Translations under genes and position numbers: made by a program | Source of the DNA: a virus | Length of the DNA stretch: 64,000 nt | Direction: 5' to 3' (one strand) | IMG/VR virus record: IMGVR_UViG_3300046008_000478 | Coordinates: 15,246 to 79,245 of that record | Part shown: positions 1-8,956 of the stretch, in pieces | How the letters are laid out: each line of letters begins with the position of its first letter | Position numbering within the stretch: the stretch's first letter is position 1 | The notes under the pieces: generated by a model | Databases searched by the model: none | What the model was told of the DNA's origin: nothing | The model's input: only the letters and a program-made list of their open reading frames with translations

Positions 1-400
1 CTGCCACCAAGTGGCGGATGACATGGGAGCGATGCTGCGCAAGTCAATGATGGGCCGCAATGGCGGGTATCTGCGAGGGTTTAAGCCTGGATGCATAGCG
101 TCCATCGAGGCGCGCGACCTGGCGCTGATGGTTTTGAAATGGTGGGCCTACCCAACGTGCCCGGCATGCCATGGGCGAGGTGGCCCGCTGATACCAGGCA
201 CCCCGGTGCTGGATGAGTCGATGGAGTGCGGCCCTTGCGGTGGCACTGGGCAGGTTCCGCTGGAGCGGCTGTTCAAGGCCACTGAGGTGGATGCTGCCAA
301 GTGGTTGGTTTCGGAGTTGGAAGGATTGAGCGCTGTGATCTTTGGGGATATGGCGCGGATCTTGGCTCCACGGATGGATTTGAATTTAACTAAGGAATGA
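1..400 (+). CDS. Antitermination protein Q-like (5'-truncated)
   Basis: Two CxxC-x-GxG zinc knuckles (CPACHGRG, CGPCGGTG) and position just upstream of the late region. Confidence 0.65.
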   Translation, partial: CHQVADDMGAMLRKSMMGRNGGYLRGFKPGCIASIEARDLALMVLKWWAYPTCPACHGRGGPLIPGTPVLDESMECGPCGGTGQVPLERLFKATEVDAAKWLVSELEGLSAVIFGDMARILAPRMDLNLTKE

Positions 401-401
401 C

Positions 402-701
402 ATGAGTAGATTTGGTTTATCACGCGAAGAACTTTTGAAAATGCTGGGCGCCTCAATTGCCACGGAGCAAGTAAAGCCGCAGGCAGCTGGCCAATCCAGT
501 CAGGAAGCACAACCCCAAGGTGAGTGCGAATGCGAGCAGTGCCAAGCCAATGTGTTGGACATTGCGCTGGCCGGGGCTTTGGATGAGGCGACTGAAGAGC
601 AACTGATTGGACTGATGTCCAAGGCCTTGATGTTCATGGCCAAGGACGCCGGATGGACTGAGACAAGCGTTGCAGCCCACGCAATCTGGCTGGAAAGTTA
701 A
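402..701 (+). CDS. Hypothetical protein
   Basis: RBS AAGGA upstream; CxCxxC motif. Confidence 0.6.
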   Translation: MSRFGLSREELLKMLGASIATEQVKPQAAGQSSQEAQPQGECECEQCQANVLDIALAGALDEATEEQLIGLMSKALMFMAKDAGWTETSVAAHAIWLES

Positions 702-895
702 CAGCCCTCATAACTGTCACTGCATGACAGCCACCCAGGGCTAAATGGGTGGGACCCTTTAACTGCCGCCGGCGCGGGTATGTAGAGCCGGCACCTCTCT
801 GAAAGCATTGCGTGCAGTGTTTCCAGAGTGGGGCTTTTTCACTTGCTTTTTGTGTGACTCAAACCCGGAGTATGGCGTTGAAAAATTCCACCGGA

Positions 896-1634
896 ACGCA
901 GAGCAAAGCAGGCGTGACTCAGAACACGGTCAAACAACTGAGCGTTTTAAGGCGGTACTGACGATACAGCTAGGTGTCCCCTGGACCTAAACAGGCGCGT
1001 TACCAAAGGCGATATGTAGGTGAGAGCTTCGGCTCCGACCGGGTGAAAGGCCCGGACCTTCAAGTATGGATCTGGTGTTGCACAAGTAAAACTGTTGCGG
1101 CTGAAGTTCCGGGTCCATTCTTGATGGTGTGCCGAAAGGCTGGGGCGAAGTTATATAGCTCGTATCGCGTTTACTGCCCGAGATACCCGTGTAACCCACG
1201 ACCGAGAGATACGCCGGGCGCAAGTGTGGGGACGCCATCAACCTATCCGCCAGTTCGCTGGCTACGCAGAAAGGGAACGCGCCTACTGCTTACGGTTTTG
1301 CTTGCGTGACGCCGACCAGAGGTCGGGCCATTACATAAGCGGCGGCGTTGAAGGAAACGCTACCGAGGAAACGAATCCTCTTCAGCGCTGAAGGCGAGGG
1401 GTAGGGATTGCAGGGGGCATTGTTTCAGACGCATGCCGCAATGCAAAGCCGGAATCAAGCCCGGCCCGCTTATGTGATGGTGGTTGCGAAAGCATGCGGA
1501 TTAGTCCAGCCCTGGCCAGGACCCATCTGACATTCGGGAAAGACCGGGGATATCAAGCGAGCCGCCTGGCTGCTTCGGACATTGGGATCTGATCCCTGGA
1601 CCGGCTCAGGCGACTAGACGGCTCACTTGATATT
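896..1634 (+). ncRNA. Cluster of structured non-coding RNA domains, some tRNA-like
   Basis: Long-range helices 896-909/1295-1307, 1328-1342/1466-1480 and 1549-1564/1619-1634; GNRA/UUCG hairpins; T-loop-like arms; no credible ORF. Confidence 0.6.
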
Positions 1635-1742
1635 TTGGAGTGGATATGAAACTTTATTGGCAGTCGCCGCTTTACTTCTGGCGCCCGGGGCTCTACCTGA
1701 AGATGGGCAATCGCCGCATTCGTTTATTCGCATGGCATTGAA

Positions 1743-1988
1743 ATGATCACCAAAGCACCACCACCAGCCACCGAGGTCCACGACCTGAAGCAGCGCATCC
1801 ACAGCCTGACCATGGCCGCGCGCCAGGCAGAGGCCTCGATTGCAGAGCTCAAGACGAATGCCCGCCGCTACATGCATGTGCGCCGCCTGAATGTGCGCCA
1901 GTTCTCGGATTTGTACGTCGCCAATCTGAATGGCAAGGGTCCGTTTGATGCGCTGGTGGATCGTGAAATTACAAAGGCTAGGTCATGA
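1743..1988 (+). CDS. Hypothetical phage protein
   Basis: Phage-like codon usage; ATGA overlap with the next ORF. Confidence 0.65.
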   Translation: MITKAPPPATEVHDLKQRIHSLTMAARQAEASIAELKTNARRYMHVRRLNVRQFSDLYVANLNGKGPFDALVDREITKARS

Positions 1989-2161
1989 GCCGCCTGGATG
2001 ACATCGTGCGCCAGGCCACAGAGGAGCTTGATGCCCTGGAGTACCGACTGGCAGTTGATGAGCTCAAGAGGCGCATGCTTGCCAAGCAAGGAAAACCCTG
2101 GTGGAGGCGCCTGCTGGCGCGCCTGCCATTCGCAATCACTTTTAACTGGAGAAAATCATGA
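1985..2161 (+). CDS. Small hypothetical protein (58 aa, MSRLDDIVRQ...PWWRRLL...)
   Basis: ATGA overlaps at both ends; below the ORF-track cutoff. Confidence 0.65.
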   Translation: MSRLDDIVRQATEELDALEYRLAVDELKRRMLAKQGKPWWRRLLARLPFAITFNWRKS

Positions 2162-2355
2162 ACGTAACGAAGATCGAGAAAACCCTGACCATCCGTGAGC
2201 AAGCCGAAGCCGAGGTCCGCAAGGAGCTGGCCGCCAAGGCGGTGGAGAAGATGAAGGCCAAGCTGCGCGAGCTGGCGGCGGCCCAGGCGGTGGTGAAGGG
2301 TATTGAGCTGCAAATCAACGACCTCGAACAGCAGATCGCTGATGGCACTCTGTAG
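2158..2355 (+). CDS. Small coiled-coil protein
   Basis: RBS GGAG; heptad pattern. Confidence 0.7.
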   Translation: MNVTKIEKTLTIREQAEAEVRKELAAKAVEKMKAKLRELAAAQAVVKGIELQINDLEQQIADGTL

Positions 2356-2911
2356 AGATGACAGTCGCCTGCTGAGTCGGCCCCACCGGGTCCACTTTGC
2401 GGGCTTCGAGAGCAGCACCTACCGGCTGCAGCAGGCCGGCTGGCAGTTGTCGGCAGAGCAGTCGCCCCGCGATGGCCGCCTGGGATTGGTCATGCGCCAC
2501 CAGGGTGCTGGGTGCTACATGATGGCCGATGAGGTGCGATTCAATTTCATGAGCTCGCTTCGCAGTGAGCAGGAATATGAGCTGGATTTTCAGGTGCGGC
2601 GGTGCTCTTCCGACATCACGGTGATCCAATCGAACATGGGTTTCGGTGGATTTGAACCGATTGACGCAACCCCACAGTTCGTCACCACTGAGCGCAAGTC
2701 AATCAAGGACTTCAACATCTTTGCCTCGCAGCTGGTGCGCACCGAGGAGATCATCATCGAGCCCCAGTCCGTGGCCGAGTGTCTGGACCTGATTCGCAAG
2801 ATGCAGGCGCCCGAGCTGGCCGCCGTGCGCAAGCGCAACCTGGACCGGGACCGCATGGATCCGATCAACCAGCAGAATTTTCACGCACAGATTGTGAGTT
2901 TGGCAGCATGA
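2342..2911 (+). CDS. Hypothetical phage protein (HFAGFESSTYRLQQAGWQLS motif)
   Basis: Overlap-coupled ORF; codon usage. Confidence 0.7.
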   Translation: MALCRDDSRLLSRPHRVHFAGFESSTYRLQQAGWQLSAEQSPRDGRLGLVMRHQGAGCYMMADEVRFNFMSSLRSEQEYELDFQVRRCSSDITVIQSNMGFGGFEPIDATPQFVTTERKSIKDFNIFASQLVRTEEIIIEPQSVAECLDLIRKMQAPELAAVRKRNLDRDRMDPINQQNFHAQIVSLAA

Positions 2912-3348
2912 CGGTAATCGCGTGGGATGGTCGCACCCTGGCGGCCGACAAAATGGCTGTCACCGGAATTACCAAAGGCTCGGTGAAGAAGATTTTTTAC
3001 CATGGTGGTGAATTGCTGGGGGTCACTGGGAACCTGTCCATCGGCATGGAAGTGATGCGGTGGTACACGGACGGGGCGGACCCGGGCAAGTTCCCCGCCT
3101 CCAACCGAAACCTCAATGAGGGATCCAGCCTGATTCGGATTGACAAGGATTGCAAGGTTTGGAAATACGAGAGCTCCCCGATCCCATTCAGGGTGGAGGG
3201 CGACCGATGCGCCTTTGGATCTGGAGATGAGGCAGCCCTGGTTGCCATGGAGATGGGTGCGGATGCGCGCCGGGCAGTGGAGCTGGCGTCCATGTTCAAC
3301 ACCACCTGCGGCGGCGGGTGCGACGCAATTGATTGGCCTTTGAAGTGA
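2908..3348 (+). CDS. Ntn-hydrolase / proteasome-beta (HslV-like) peptidase
   Basis: N-terminal MTVIAWDG-x-LAAD with Thr2 nucleophile; AFGSG motif. Confidence 0.75.
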   Translation: MTVIAWDGRTLAADKMAVTGITKGSVKKIFYHGGELLGVTGNLSIGMEVMRWYTDGADPGKFPASNRNLNEGSSLIRIDKDCKVWKYESSPIPFRVEGDRCAFGSGDEAALVAMEMGADARRAVELASMFNTTCGGGCDAIDWPLK

Positions 3349-3355
3349 GTACAGC

Positions 3356-3805
3356 ATGACCGAAGAAATGATGAATGCGGAGTTCGTCCGTATTTTGGCT
3401 GGTACGCAGGGCGACGTCGTAGGGGGAGCTTTGAAAGAGTGCCTGTTATCCGGGTTCGCAGCCGTCAGCTACACGATGACGGATGACGGGGTTAAGGTCT
3501 CACGCATCGACCCAGCCAGTATACAGGCTGAGACTCCACCTGCTACAAAAACGATAGCTGCAACCTCACATCCCACATGGGCTAGACACCCATTGGTGCG
3601 TAGCGACCGGTATGGCTGCTTCAATCGAAGCGCGTTCGCTCAGGATCACGCCATGACCAAGGATGGCCCACCGATCTACCTTCCAGCTTTTGGCCAGCCG
3701 ACGTGCCAGTTCACCAAGACCGACCTTGGCCAGGTGGATCCACGCTGCACCGAATGCAAGCACAAGACAAAACCCAACGGAGAAAAGCATGATGAAGTTC
3801 ATTGA
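3356..3805 (+). CDS. Hypothetical protein with C-terminal Cys cluster
   Basis: ORF in operon. Confidence 0.55.
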   Translation: MTEEMMNAEFVRILAGTQGDVVGGALKECLLSGFAAVSYTMTDDGVKVSRIDPASIQAETPPATKTIAATSHPTWARHPLVRSDRYGCFNRSAFAQDHAMTKDGPPIYLPAFGQPTCQFTKTDLGQVDPRCTECKHKTKPNGEKHDEVH

Positions 3806-4391
3806 TGGGGCGCTGGCCCTGGTGGGGTTGGGCCGGATGGCTGACATGGTGGCTTGGACAAAGCTGATGCGATCGCGGGTGGCAAGGCTGACCGAGCAGC
3901 GCGACGCCTTCGAGGAAAAGGCCTATGACCTCCATTTCCGCTGCGAGCACAGCAAGGAAGTCATGAAGGCGGAGTGCGAGATGGCCATGCAGGCTGCGCG
4001 CGACATGCATCTCCAGACCCTGGATAGCCTCCGGATCCATGCGACCTCAGAGATGCTGCGAATCCATAATGAGTACGCCAAGCGCGGGTTGGACAAGCGG
4101 TCCATGGATGTGCAGGCGGCCGTGCAGCTGGAGATGGATGGTCTCCGGGTGGACCTGGAGCGGGAGCTGGCGGAGCACAGGGCGTCAAATGATCGAGTGA
4201 AGATCAAGCTGCTGGAGACCGAGAAGAGCTACAGCCAGCTCCGGGAGTCCTATCAAACAGCGCGCAAGAAGGCTGACATGCTTGAGGCGCGAGAGGGGTC
4301 TTGGCAGAAACTGCACGGGGAAGCGGTGCGAGAGCGCAATACAGCAATGAGCGCCCTGGAAAATAGTTTGAAAAATACTGCAAATACTTGA
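3789..4391 (+). CDS. Coiled-coil protein
   Basis: RBS GGAG; long helical heptads. Confidence 0.65.
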   Translation: MMKFIDGALALVGLGRMADMVAWTKLMRSRVARLTEQRDAFEEKAYDLHFRCEHSKEVMKAECEMAMQAARDMHLQTLDSLRIHATSEMLRIHNEYAKRGLDKRSMDVQAAVQLEMDGLRVDLERELAEHRASNDRVKIKLLETEKSYSQLRESYQTARKKADMLEAREGSWQKLHGEAVRERNTAMSALENSLKNTANT

Positions 4392-4418
4392 CACAAATCT
4401 TTTGCGCACCGTTATATT
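4388..4418 (+). promoter_or_regulatory. Putative late promoter (TTGACA...TATATT)
   Basis: Consensus -35; 19-bp spacer is long; followed by the repeated leader motif. Confidence 0.4.
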
Positions 4419-4423
4419 CAATG

Positions 4424-4468
4424 CAGCAATAAAGCCGGAGAGACACCACCGGCACAACAAATAGCGGC
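4424..4468 (+). repeat. 45-nt structured leader motif, copy 1
   Basis: 38/45 identical to 28841-28885, with compensatory changes. Confidence 0.8.
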
Positions 4469-4537
4469 ACCTTTGATGGAAAGCCGCCTTTGAAATTTAT
4501 TGCTGTCCATCCGCATGGTATTCACAAGATGCCAGCC

Positions 4538-4609
4538 GAATGGGTAGCTCAACCGGTAGAGCAGCTGAGGAAACTTGGCCTGTTGCGGGATCGTACCCCG
4601 CTCCATTGG
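4538..4609 (+). ncRNA. tRNA-like RNA with a GAAA-capped arm in place of the anticodon loop
   Basis: Acceptor GAATGGG/TCCATTG; D-arm GCTC-AACCGGTA-GAGC; arm GCTGAG-GAAA-CTTGGC; T-arm GCGGG-ATCGTAC-CCCGC. Confidence 0.65.
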
Positions 4610-5060
4610 TCGGTCGTCAAGGGGAGTTGCAGGAAACTGTAATACGACACCCACCGGGTTGCTTAAAACGCATATCCGGCCACTCTGGGCCTAGACCGGG
4701 CGGTTAGATCCGACCAGCAGCACCCCTGAAAGCGGGGAGCACCAATTTCGACTCTGGAGATACCGCCTACAGCCGGTGAAAGTCCCGGCAATCAGAGTCA
4801 GTCAGTTTGGGTTAAGCGCAAAGGATGCCGCCGTAAAGGAGGTCACACTGGCGCAGGGTTGGGGTCACCCGGCCGCCCGAAGACATTTACCCAGTGCTGC
4901 AGCATGTGGGTGGACGAGCCGCCATCGTAAGGGCGGAGTAGGGGCCGACAGTCGAAACTTGAACTTAACAGATGCCAGCTTGGGGCATGGTCGGAAACAC
5001 AAGACGCGCAGGGGGTAGCCCTGACAAACATCTGGGTGTAAGCCCCGGAGCCAAATACCA
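4610..5060 (+). ncRNA. Structured RNA array with T-loop-like arms and ACCA ends
   Basis: CCCC-TGAAAGC-GGGG-AGC-ACCA (4723-4744); GCCGG-TGAAAGTC-CCGGC (4772-4789); TCTGGG-TGTAAGC-CCCGGA...ACCA (5031-5060). Confidence 0.5.
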
Positions 5061-5088
5061 AAAGCCACCCTAACCCGGTGGCTTTTTT
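5061..5088 (+). terminator. Intrinsic terminator
   Basis: AAAGCCACC-loop-GGTGGCTTTTTT. Confidence 0.8.
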
Positions 5089-5182
5089 GTTTCAGCCGTC
5101 CGTAGAGTAGTCCAACCACTTTGTGATCACACAAGGGACTTGATCTCGGGCGGCGATTTTTCTCCCTGGTCGCAAGACCTTT

Positions 5183-5207
5183 GCCTCGCTGCACGCGGGG
5201 CTTTTTT
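5183..5207 (+). terminator. Second intrinsic terminator
   Basis: GCCTCGC/GCGGGGC stem followed by a T-run. Confidence 0.55.
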
Positions 5208-5218
5208 ACATCTGAACC

Positions 5219-5425
5219 ATGAACATCACACAAACTTGGGAGGAGCTTGGCGTCAAGCGCCCAGAGCGAGGTGATCACCCACACATGGATCCGCGCCAGG
5301 CAGCCGAAGAGTCAATGAAGAACTGCAGAGCATTGATTGTGGATTTGATCCACGCCGGGCGACTTCCTGCTCCTCCAATGGGCAAGAGCTACATCCCAGG
5401 AGCAGACGGGGTGAGGCTGGCATGA
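5219..5425 (+). CDS. Hypothetical protein
   Basis: ATGA overlap with terS. Confidence 0.55.
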   Translation: MNITQTWEELGVKRPERGDHPHMDPRQAAEESMKNCRALIVDLIHAGRLPAPPMGKSYIPGADGVRLA

Positions 5426-6054
5426 GCGACGTAAAGAAGACTGCAGACTGGGAGCTGATCGAGCGGCATTACCGCGCCGGCATCCTTTCACTGCGCCAGA
5501 CAGCCACAGAGGGCGGAGTCACTGAGAGTGCTATTCGCAAGCGAGCCAAGCGTGATGGATGGTCTCGCAACCTCAAGGCGAAGATCCAGAATCGCGCCGA
5601 AGAGCTGGTGCGCAAATCAGAGGTGCGCAAAGTTAGTGCGCAAGCCCGCGCACTTCCGGAAAAAGAGATCATTGAGGTCAATGCCCAGGCAGTTGCCACG
5701 GTTCTGATCGTGCAGAAGGGCAGCATCAAGCGCATGCACTCATTGGCTGAGAAGCTGATGGATGAGCTGGAAGCCACGACTGACAACAAGGAGCTGTTCA
5801 TCCAACTGGGTGAGCTGCTTGATACGTCGGGTCCGGATGAGAATGGCAAGGACCGCAAGGACTTGATGAATGAGATCTACCGCAAGGTCATCTCGATGGG
5901 CGGACGCATTGACTCTGCCAAGAAGCTGGCCGAGATCCTGGAGAAGGTCGTCAAGCTGGAGCGCGAGGCGTTCGGCATTGAGAACACTGAGAAGCAGGCC
6001 AGCCCAATTGATGAGCTGCTGCTGAGAATTGCCCGTGAGCGAAGCGGCCCGTGA
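5422..6054 (+). CDS. terS: Terminase small subunit
   Basis: N-terminal HTH (DWELIERHYRAG...SAIRKRAKRDGW); upstream of terL. Confidence 0.85.
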   Translation: MSDVKKTADWELIERHYRAGILSLRQTATEGGVTESAIRKRAKRDGWSRNLKAKIQNRAEELVRKSEVRKVSAQARALPEKEIIEVNAQAVATVLIVQKGSIKRMHSLAEKLMDELEATTDNKELFIQLGELLDTSGPDENGKDRKDLMNEIYRKVISMGGRIDSAKKLAEILEKVVKLEREAFGIENTEKQASPIDELLLRIARERSGP

Positions 6055-7558
6055 GTTCGCCATCCAGGAGGTCATGGACTCCCTGGAGGTCCACGCTGCG
6101 TACTGCGCGAAGATCAAGGACAAAGGAGGGAAGCTAGTCCCCTTCCTGTTCAACAAGGCGCAGCACTACGTGCATGAGCGACTTGAGGCGCAGTGCAAGG
6201 AGACCGGCAAGGTTCGCGCGCTGATCCTGAAGGGCCGCCAGCAAGGTATCTCCACTTACATCAGTGAGCGGTTCTACCAACGTGTGAGCACCAGGATCGG
6301 CCAGAGCGCGTTCATCGTGGCGCACGAGGACAAGGCCACCAAGAATCTGTTTGAGATGGCCAAGCGGTACAACGACCACAACCCGTTGGCACCGAGCACC
6401 AAGGCATCGAACGCGCTGGAGCTGGTCTTTGGCGCACTGGATGCAGGCTATAAGACGGCGACCGCGGGATCCAAGGACGTTGGCCGGTCCAACACGGCGC
6501 AGCTGCTGCACGGCTCTGAGTTCGCCTTTTGGGCCAACGCACAGAGTCACCTGGCTGGATTGGGTAACACGATTGCGGACATGCCTGGCACGGAGATCGT
6601 GCTGGAGTCCACTGGTAACGGAGTAGGTAACGCCTTCCACTTGATGTGGCAGGAGGCCGAAGCGGGCCGCGGCGAGTTCATTGCGATCTTTGTGCCGTGG
6701 TACTGGCAAGAGGAGTACACCGCACCGATCAAGCCGGACTTGATGCTGACGGCGGAAGACCAGAAGTACCAGCTTGCATACAGCCTGACGCTTGGCCAGA
6801 TGCAGTGGCGAGCCAACAAGATTGCGACGTACGGCCAGGGATTCGAGTGGCTATTCGATCAGGAGTATCCAGCGACCGCCGCTTTGGCGTTCCAGAGCTC
6901 CACGGTGAATCCGTTGATCAGCCCGCACGATGTGATGGCCGCGGTCAACAGCAAGTACCTGGAGATGAATGCGCCGCTGGTGATCGGTTGCGACCCAGCA
7001 GGCGACGGTGTCAATGATGCCGACCGCACAGCAATTGCTTTCCGTCGTGGCCGCGTGTGCTTCCGCTTGGAGTACCACCAGGGCCTGAACACGATGCAGA
7101 TTGCCGGCAAGCTGGCTGAATACTGGCGCGACTTTGAGCCTGATGGGCTGTTCGTGGACAAGGGCGGCCTTGGTGCTGGCATCTACGACCGGTTGATCGA
7201 GCTGAACATCCCGGCGCTTGGCATCAACAGCGCGACTGTGGCCAATGACCCAGAGCGCTACGAGAACAAGCGCGCCGAGATGTGGTGGACGATGAAGGAG
7301 TGGTTTGAGGATTCACCTTGCCGCATCCCGAATGACGCCGCATTGATCAGTGATGTGACCGCTCCGCAGCCCAAGGTGAGCTCCAACGGTCGCAAGCTGC
7401 TGGAGAAAAAAGAAGACATGAAGAAGCGCCAGGTTCGCTCACCAGATGGTGGCGATGCACTGGCCTTGACGTTCGCCGTGCCTGTTGCTTACCGCGACAA
7501 CCACACCGGTGGGCCTGTGCAAACAAGCAAATCGGCTGCCACCAGCGCAGGATATTGA
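6035..7558 (+). CDS. terL: Terminase large subunit
   Basis: LKGRQQGIST Walker A; LLHGSEFAFW Walker B; EST coupling motif; GCDPA and SPDGGDA RNase H-like nuclease motifs. Confidence 0.95.
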   Translation: MSEAAREFAIQEVMDSLEVHAAYCAKIKDKGGKLVPFLFNKAQHYVHERLEAQCKETGKVRALILKGRQQGISTYISERFYQRVSTRIGQSAFIVAHEDKATKNLFEMAKRYNDHNPLAPSTKASNALELVFGALDAGYKTATAGSKDVGRSNTAQLLHGSEFAFWANAQSHLAGLGNTIADMPGTEIVLESTGNGVGNAFHLMWQEAEAGRGEFIAIFVPWYWQEEYTAPIKPDLMLTAEDQKYQLAYSLTLGQMQWRANKIATYGQGFEWLFDQEYPATAALAFQSSTVNPLISPHDVMAAVNSKYLEMNAPLVIGCDPAGDGVNDADRTAIAFRRGRVCFRLEYHQGLNTMQIAGKLAEYWRDFEPDGLFVDKGGLGAGIYDRLIELNIPALGINSATVANDPERYENKRAEMWWTMKEWFEDSPCRIPNDAALISDVTAPQPKVSSNGRKLLEKKEDMKKRQVRSPDGGDALALTFAVPVAYRDNHTGGPVQTSKSAATSAGY

Positions 7559-7559
7559 T

Positions 7560-7718
7560 ATGGACGGACCAGTTACCGCGGACATGATGAAAAGCCAAGC
7601 CGATGAATACGCAAACGCACACGCCAGCATGGATGCCCATGAAGGCGACAGCGCGCAACTGATGGCCCTTCAGCAACAGCTCCAGCAAGTCGAGTCACAA
7701 CTGGCAGGCATGCAATGA
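7560..7718 (+). CDS. Small hypothetical protein
   Basis: Fills the gap; ATGA overlap with the next gene. Confidence 0.5.
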   Translation: MDGPVTADMMKSQADEYANAHASMDAHEGDSAQLMALQQQLQQVESQLAGMQ

Positions 7719-8368
7719 GCGGGTTCCTGGATGAGTTGTTCTCTGCGAAGCACATTGGATCGGGCGGCCTCACGCTTATCAATGACCAGGCGCTGCGTGC
7801 ACTTGGGCAAGACGAGAACACAACGCTTGGCGCATTGAACGAAGGCATGAAGCACGGTCCGCTAGAGGAAAGCATTACAAAGGGTCGTCCGGTTACCACC
7901 AACGAAGCCCTCAACGAGCGGAACAAAAACCTGGACCGAGACAAGAGCGGGAACGCAAAGACCGTTGCAGGTATCGCTGGCATTGTTGGTGCAGCTTTCG
8001 GTGGCGCAGCACTTGCTGGAGGTTCTGCTGGAGGTGCAGGCGCTGCGGGCGGCAGTGAGGCTGGAGCTGGGTCCGTCGCTGCTGAGGGATCTGCCGATGC
8101 ATTCGCTGCTGAAGCAGCTGGCGGCGCGGATGTCAGTGGTGCAGCAAGCGGCGCTCCAGCTGAGGGATCTGCCGATGCATTCGCAGAGACCGCCAAAGGC
8201 GCCAAGTCTGGCAATTCTTTGGGTGACTGGGGTGACCTGATGTCGCAAGGCAGTCCGTCAAGCAACAAGCCCGACAACAGCGCGCAAAAGCAATCACTTC
8301 AAGCGCAGGCAGATTCCCTGCGTTCGCAAATAGCTGCATTACAGGCCCGCATGTCCGGGTCGAATTAA
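7715..8368 (+). CDS. Gly/Ala-rich protein with a hydrophobic helix (possible internal virion protein)
   Basis: Hydrophobic segment; internal AEGSADAFA repeat. Confidence 0.6.
   Translation: MSGFLDELFSAKHIGSGGLTLINDQALRALGQDENTTLGALNEGMKHGPLEESITKGRPVTTNEALNERNKNLDRDKSGNAKTVAGIAGIVGAAFGGAALAGGSAGGAGAAGGSEAGAGSVAAEGSADAFAAEAAGGADVSGAASGAPAEGSADAFAETAKGAKSGNSLGDWGDLMSQGSPSSNKPDNSAQKQSLQAQADSLRSQIAALQARMSGSN
8081..8184 (+). repeat. 26-bp direct repeat x2
   Basis: gctgagggatctgccgatgcattcgc at 8081-8106 and 8159-8184. Confidence 0.9.
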
Positions 8369-8377
8369 GGAAACAAC

Positions 8378-8956
8378 ATGGCTACCACGCAAGAACAATT
8401 GGACCAGGATAAGGCTGAGTTTGACGCTGAGTTCGCAAATGACGCACTGGAAGAGGCGAACAACCGCGAGCAAGACGACCAGGAAGATGCCGAGGATGAT
8501 GCGGAAGACGGCCGTGTCGCAGCCAAGGATTCCATGGGTGGAGGCGAGTCGATCGAAGGATCTGATGACGCCGCAGATAGTGATGAGGTCGCGCAGCCAG
8601 CAGTGAATGCTGTGATTGCTTCGGCCCGCATGGCAGGCGATGAGCAGTCCAAAGCTTTCACCGAGGCATTCAAGTCTGAGGCCCCAATGCTGCCTGAGCC
8701 CAAGGCGCCAACATTCAAAGAGGCCTTTGCTTCAGCACGCAAGGGCGGCGAGAAGGTTTTCGAGTGGCAAGGCAAGAAGTACACCACCGAGATGGCCAAG
8801 CCCAAAGCTGCGCCAGTAGTGGCCGCCAAGATGGATGGCCCGGCGCATGAGACTGCAGCCGTTGTTGCTAAGCCCGCTCAAGGCGACCTCAAAGGTGCAT
8901 CAAGCCTGGCTGAAGCCATGGCCGGCGCCAAGCACACGGGCATGGGCAGCAAATGA
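8378..8956 (+). CDS. Acidic protein with FKEAFASARK...FEWQGKKYTT motif
   Basis: RBS AAGGA; motif familiar from phage virion-associated proteins. Confidence 0.7.
   Translation: MATTQEQLDQDKAEFDAEFANDALEEANNREQDDQEDAEDDAEDGRVAAKDSMGGGESIEGSDDAADSDEVAQPAVNAVIASARMAGDEQSKAFTEAFKSEAPMLPEPKAPTFKEAFASARKGGEKVFEWQGKKYTTEMAKPKAAPVVAAKMDGPAHETAAVVAKPAQGDLKGASSLAEAMAGAKHTGMGSK

Noticed and set aside
808-1309. ORFs 808-990, 974-1309 and 987-1241
   Set aside because: No RBS or protein-like features; the region is better explained as structured RNA
4538-4609. Canonical tRNA-Phe
   Set aside because: No 7-nt anticodon loop or U33; non-standard T-loop; 1-72 mismatch
4776-5284. ORFs 4776-5018, 4843-5061 and 4865-5284
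   Set aside because: They overlap hairpin arrays and terminators and lack coding signals
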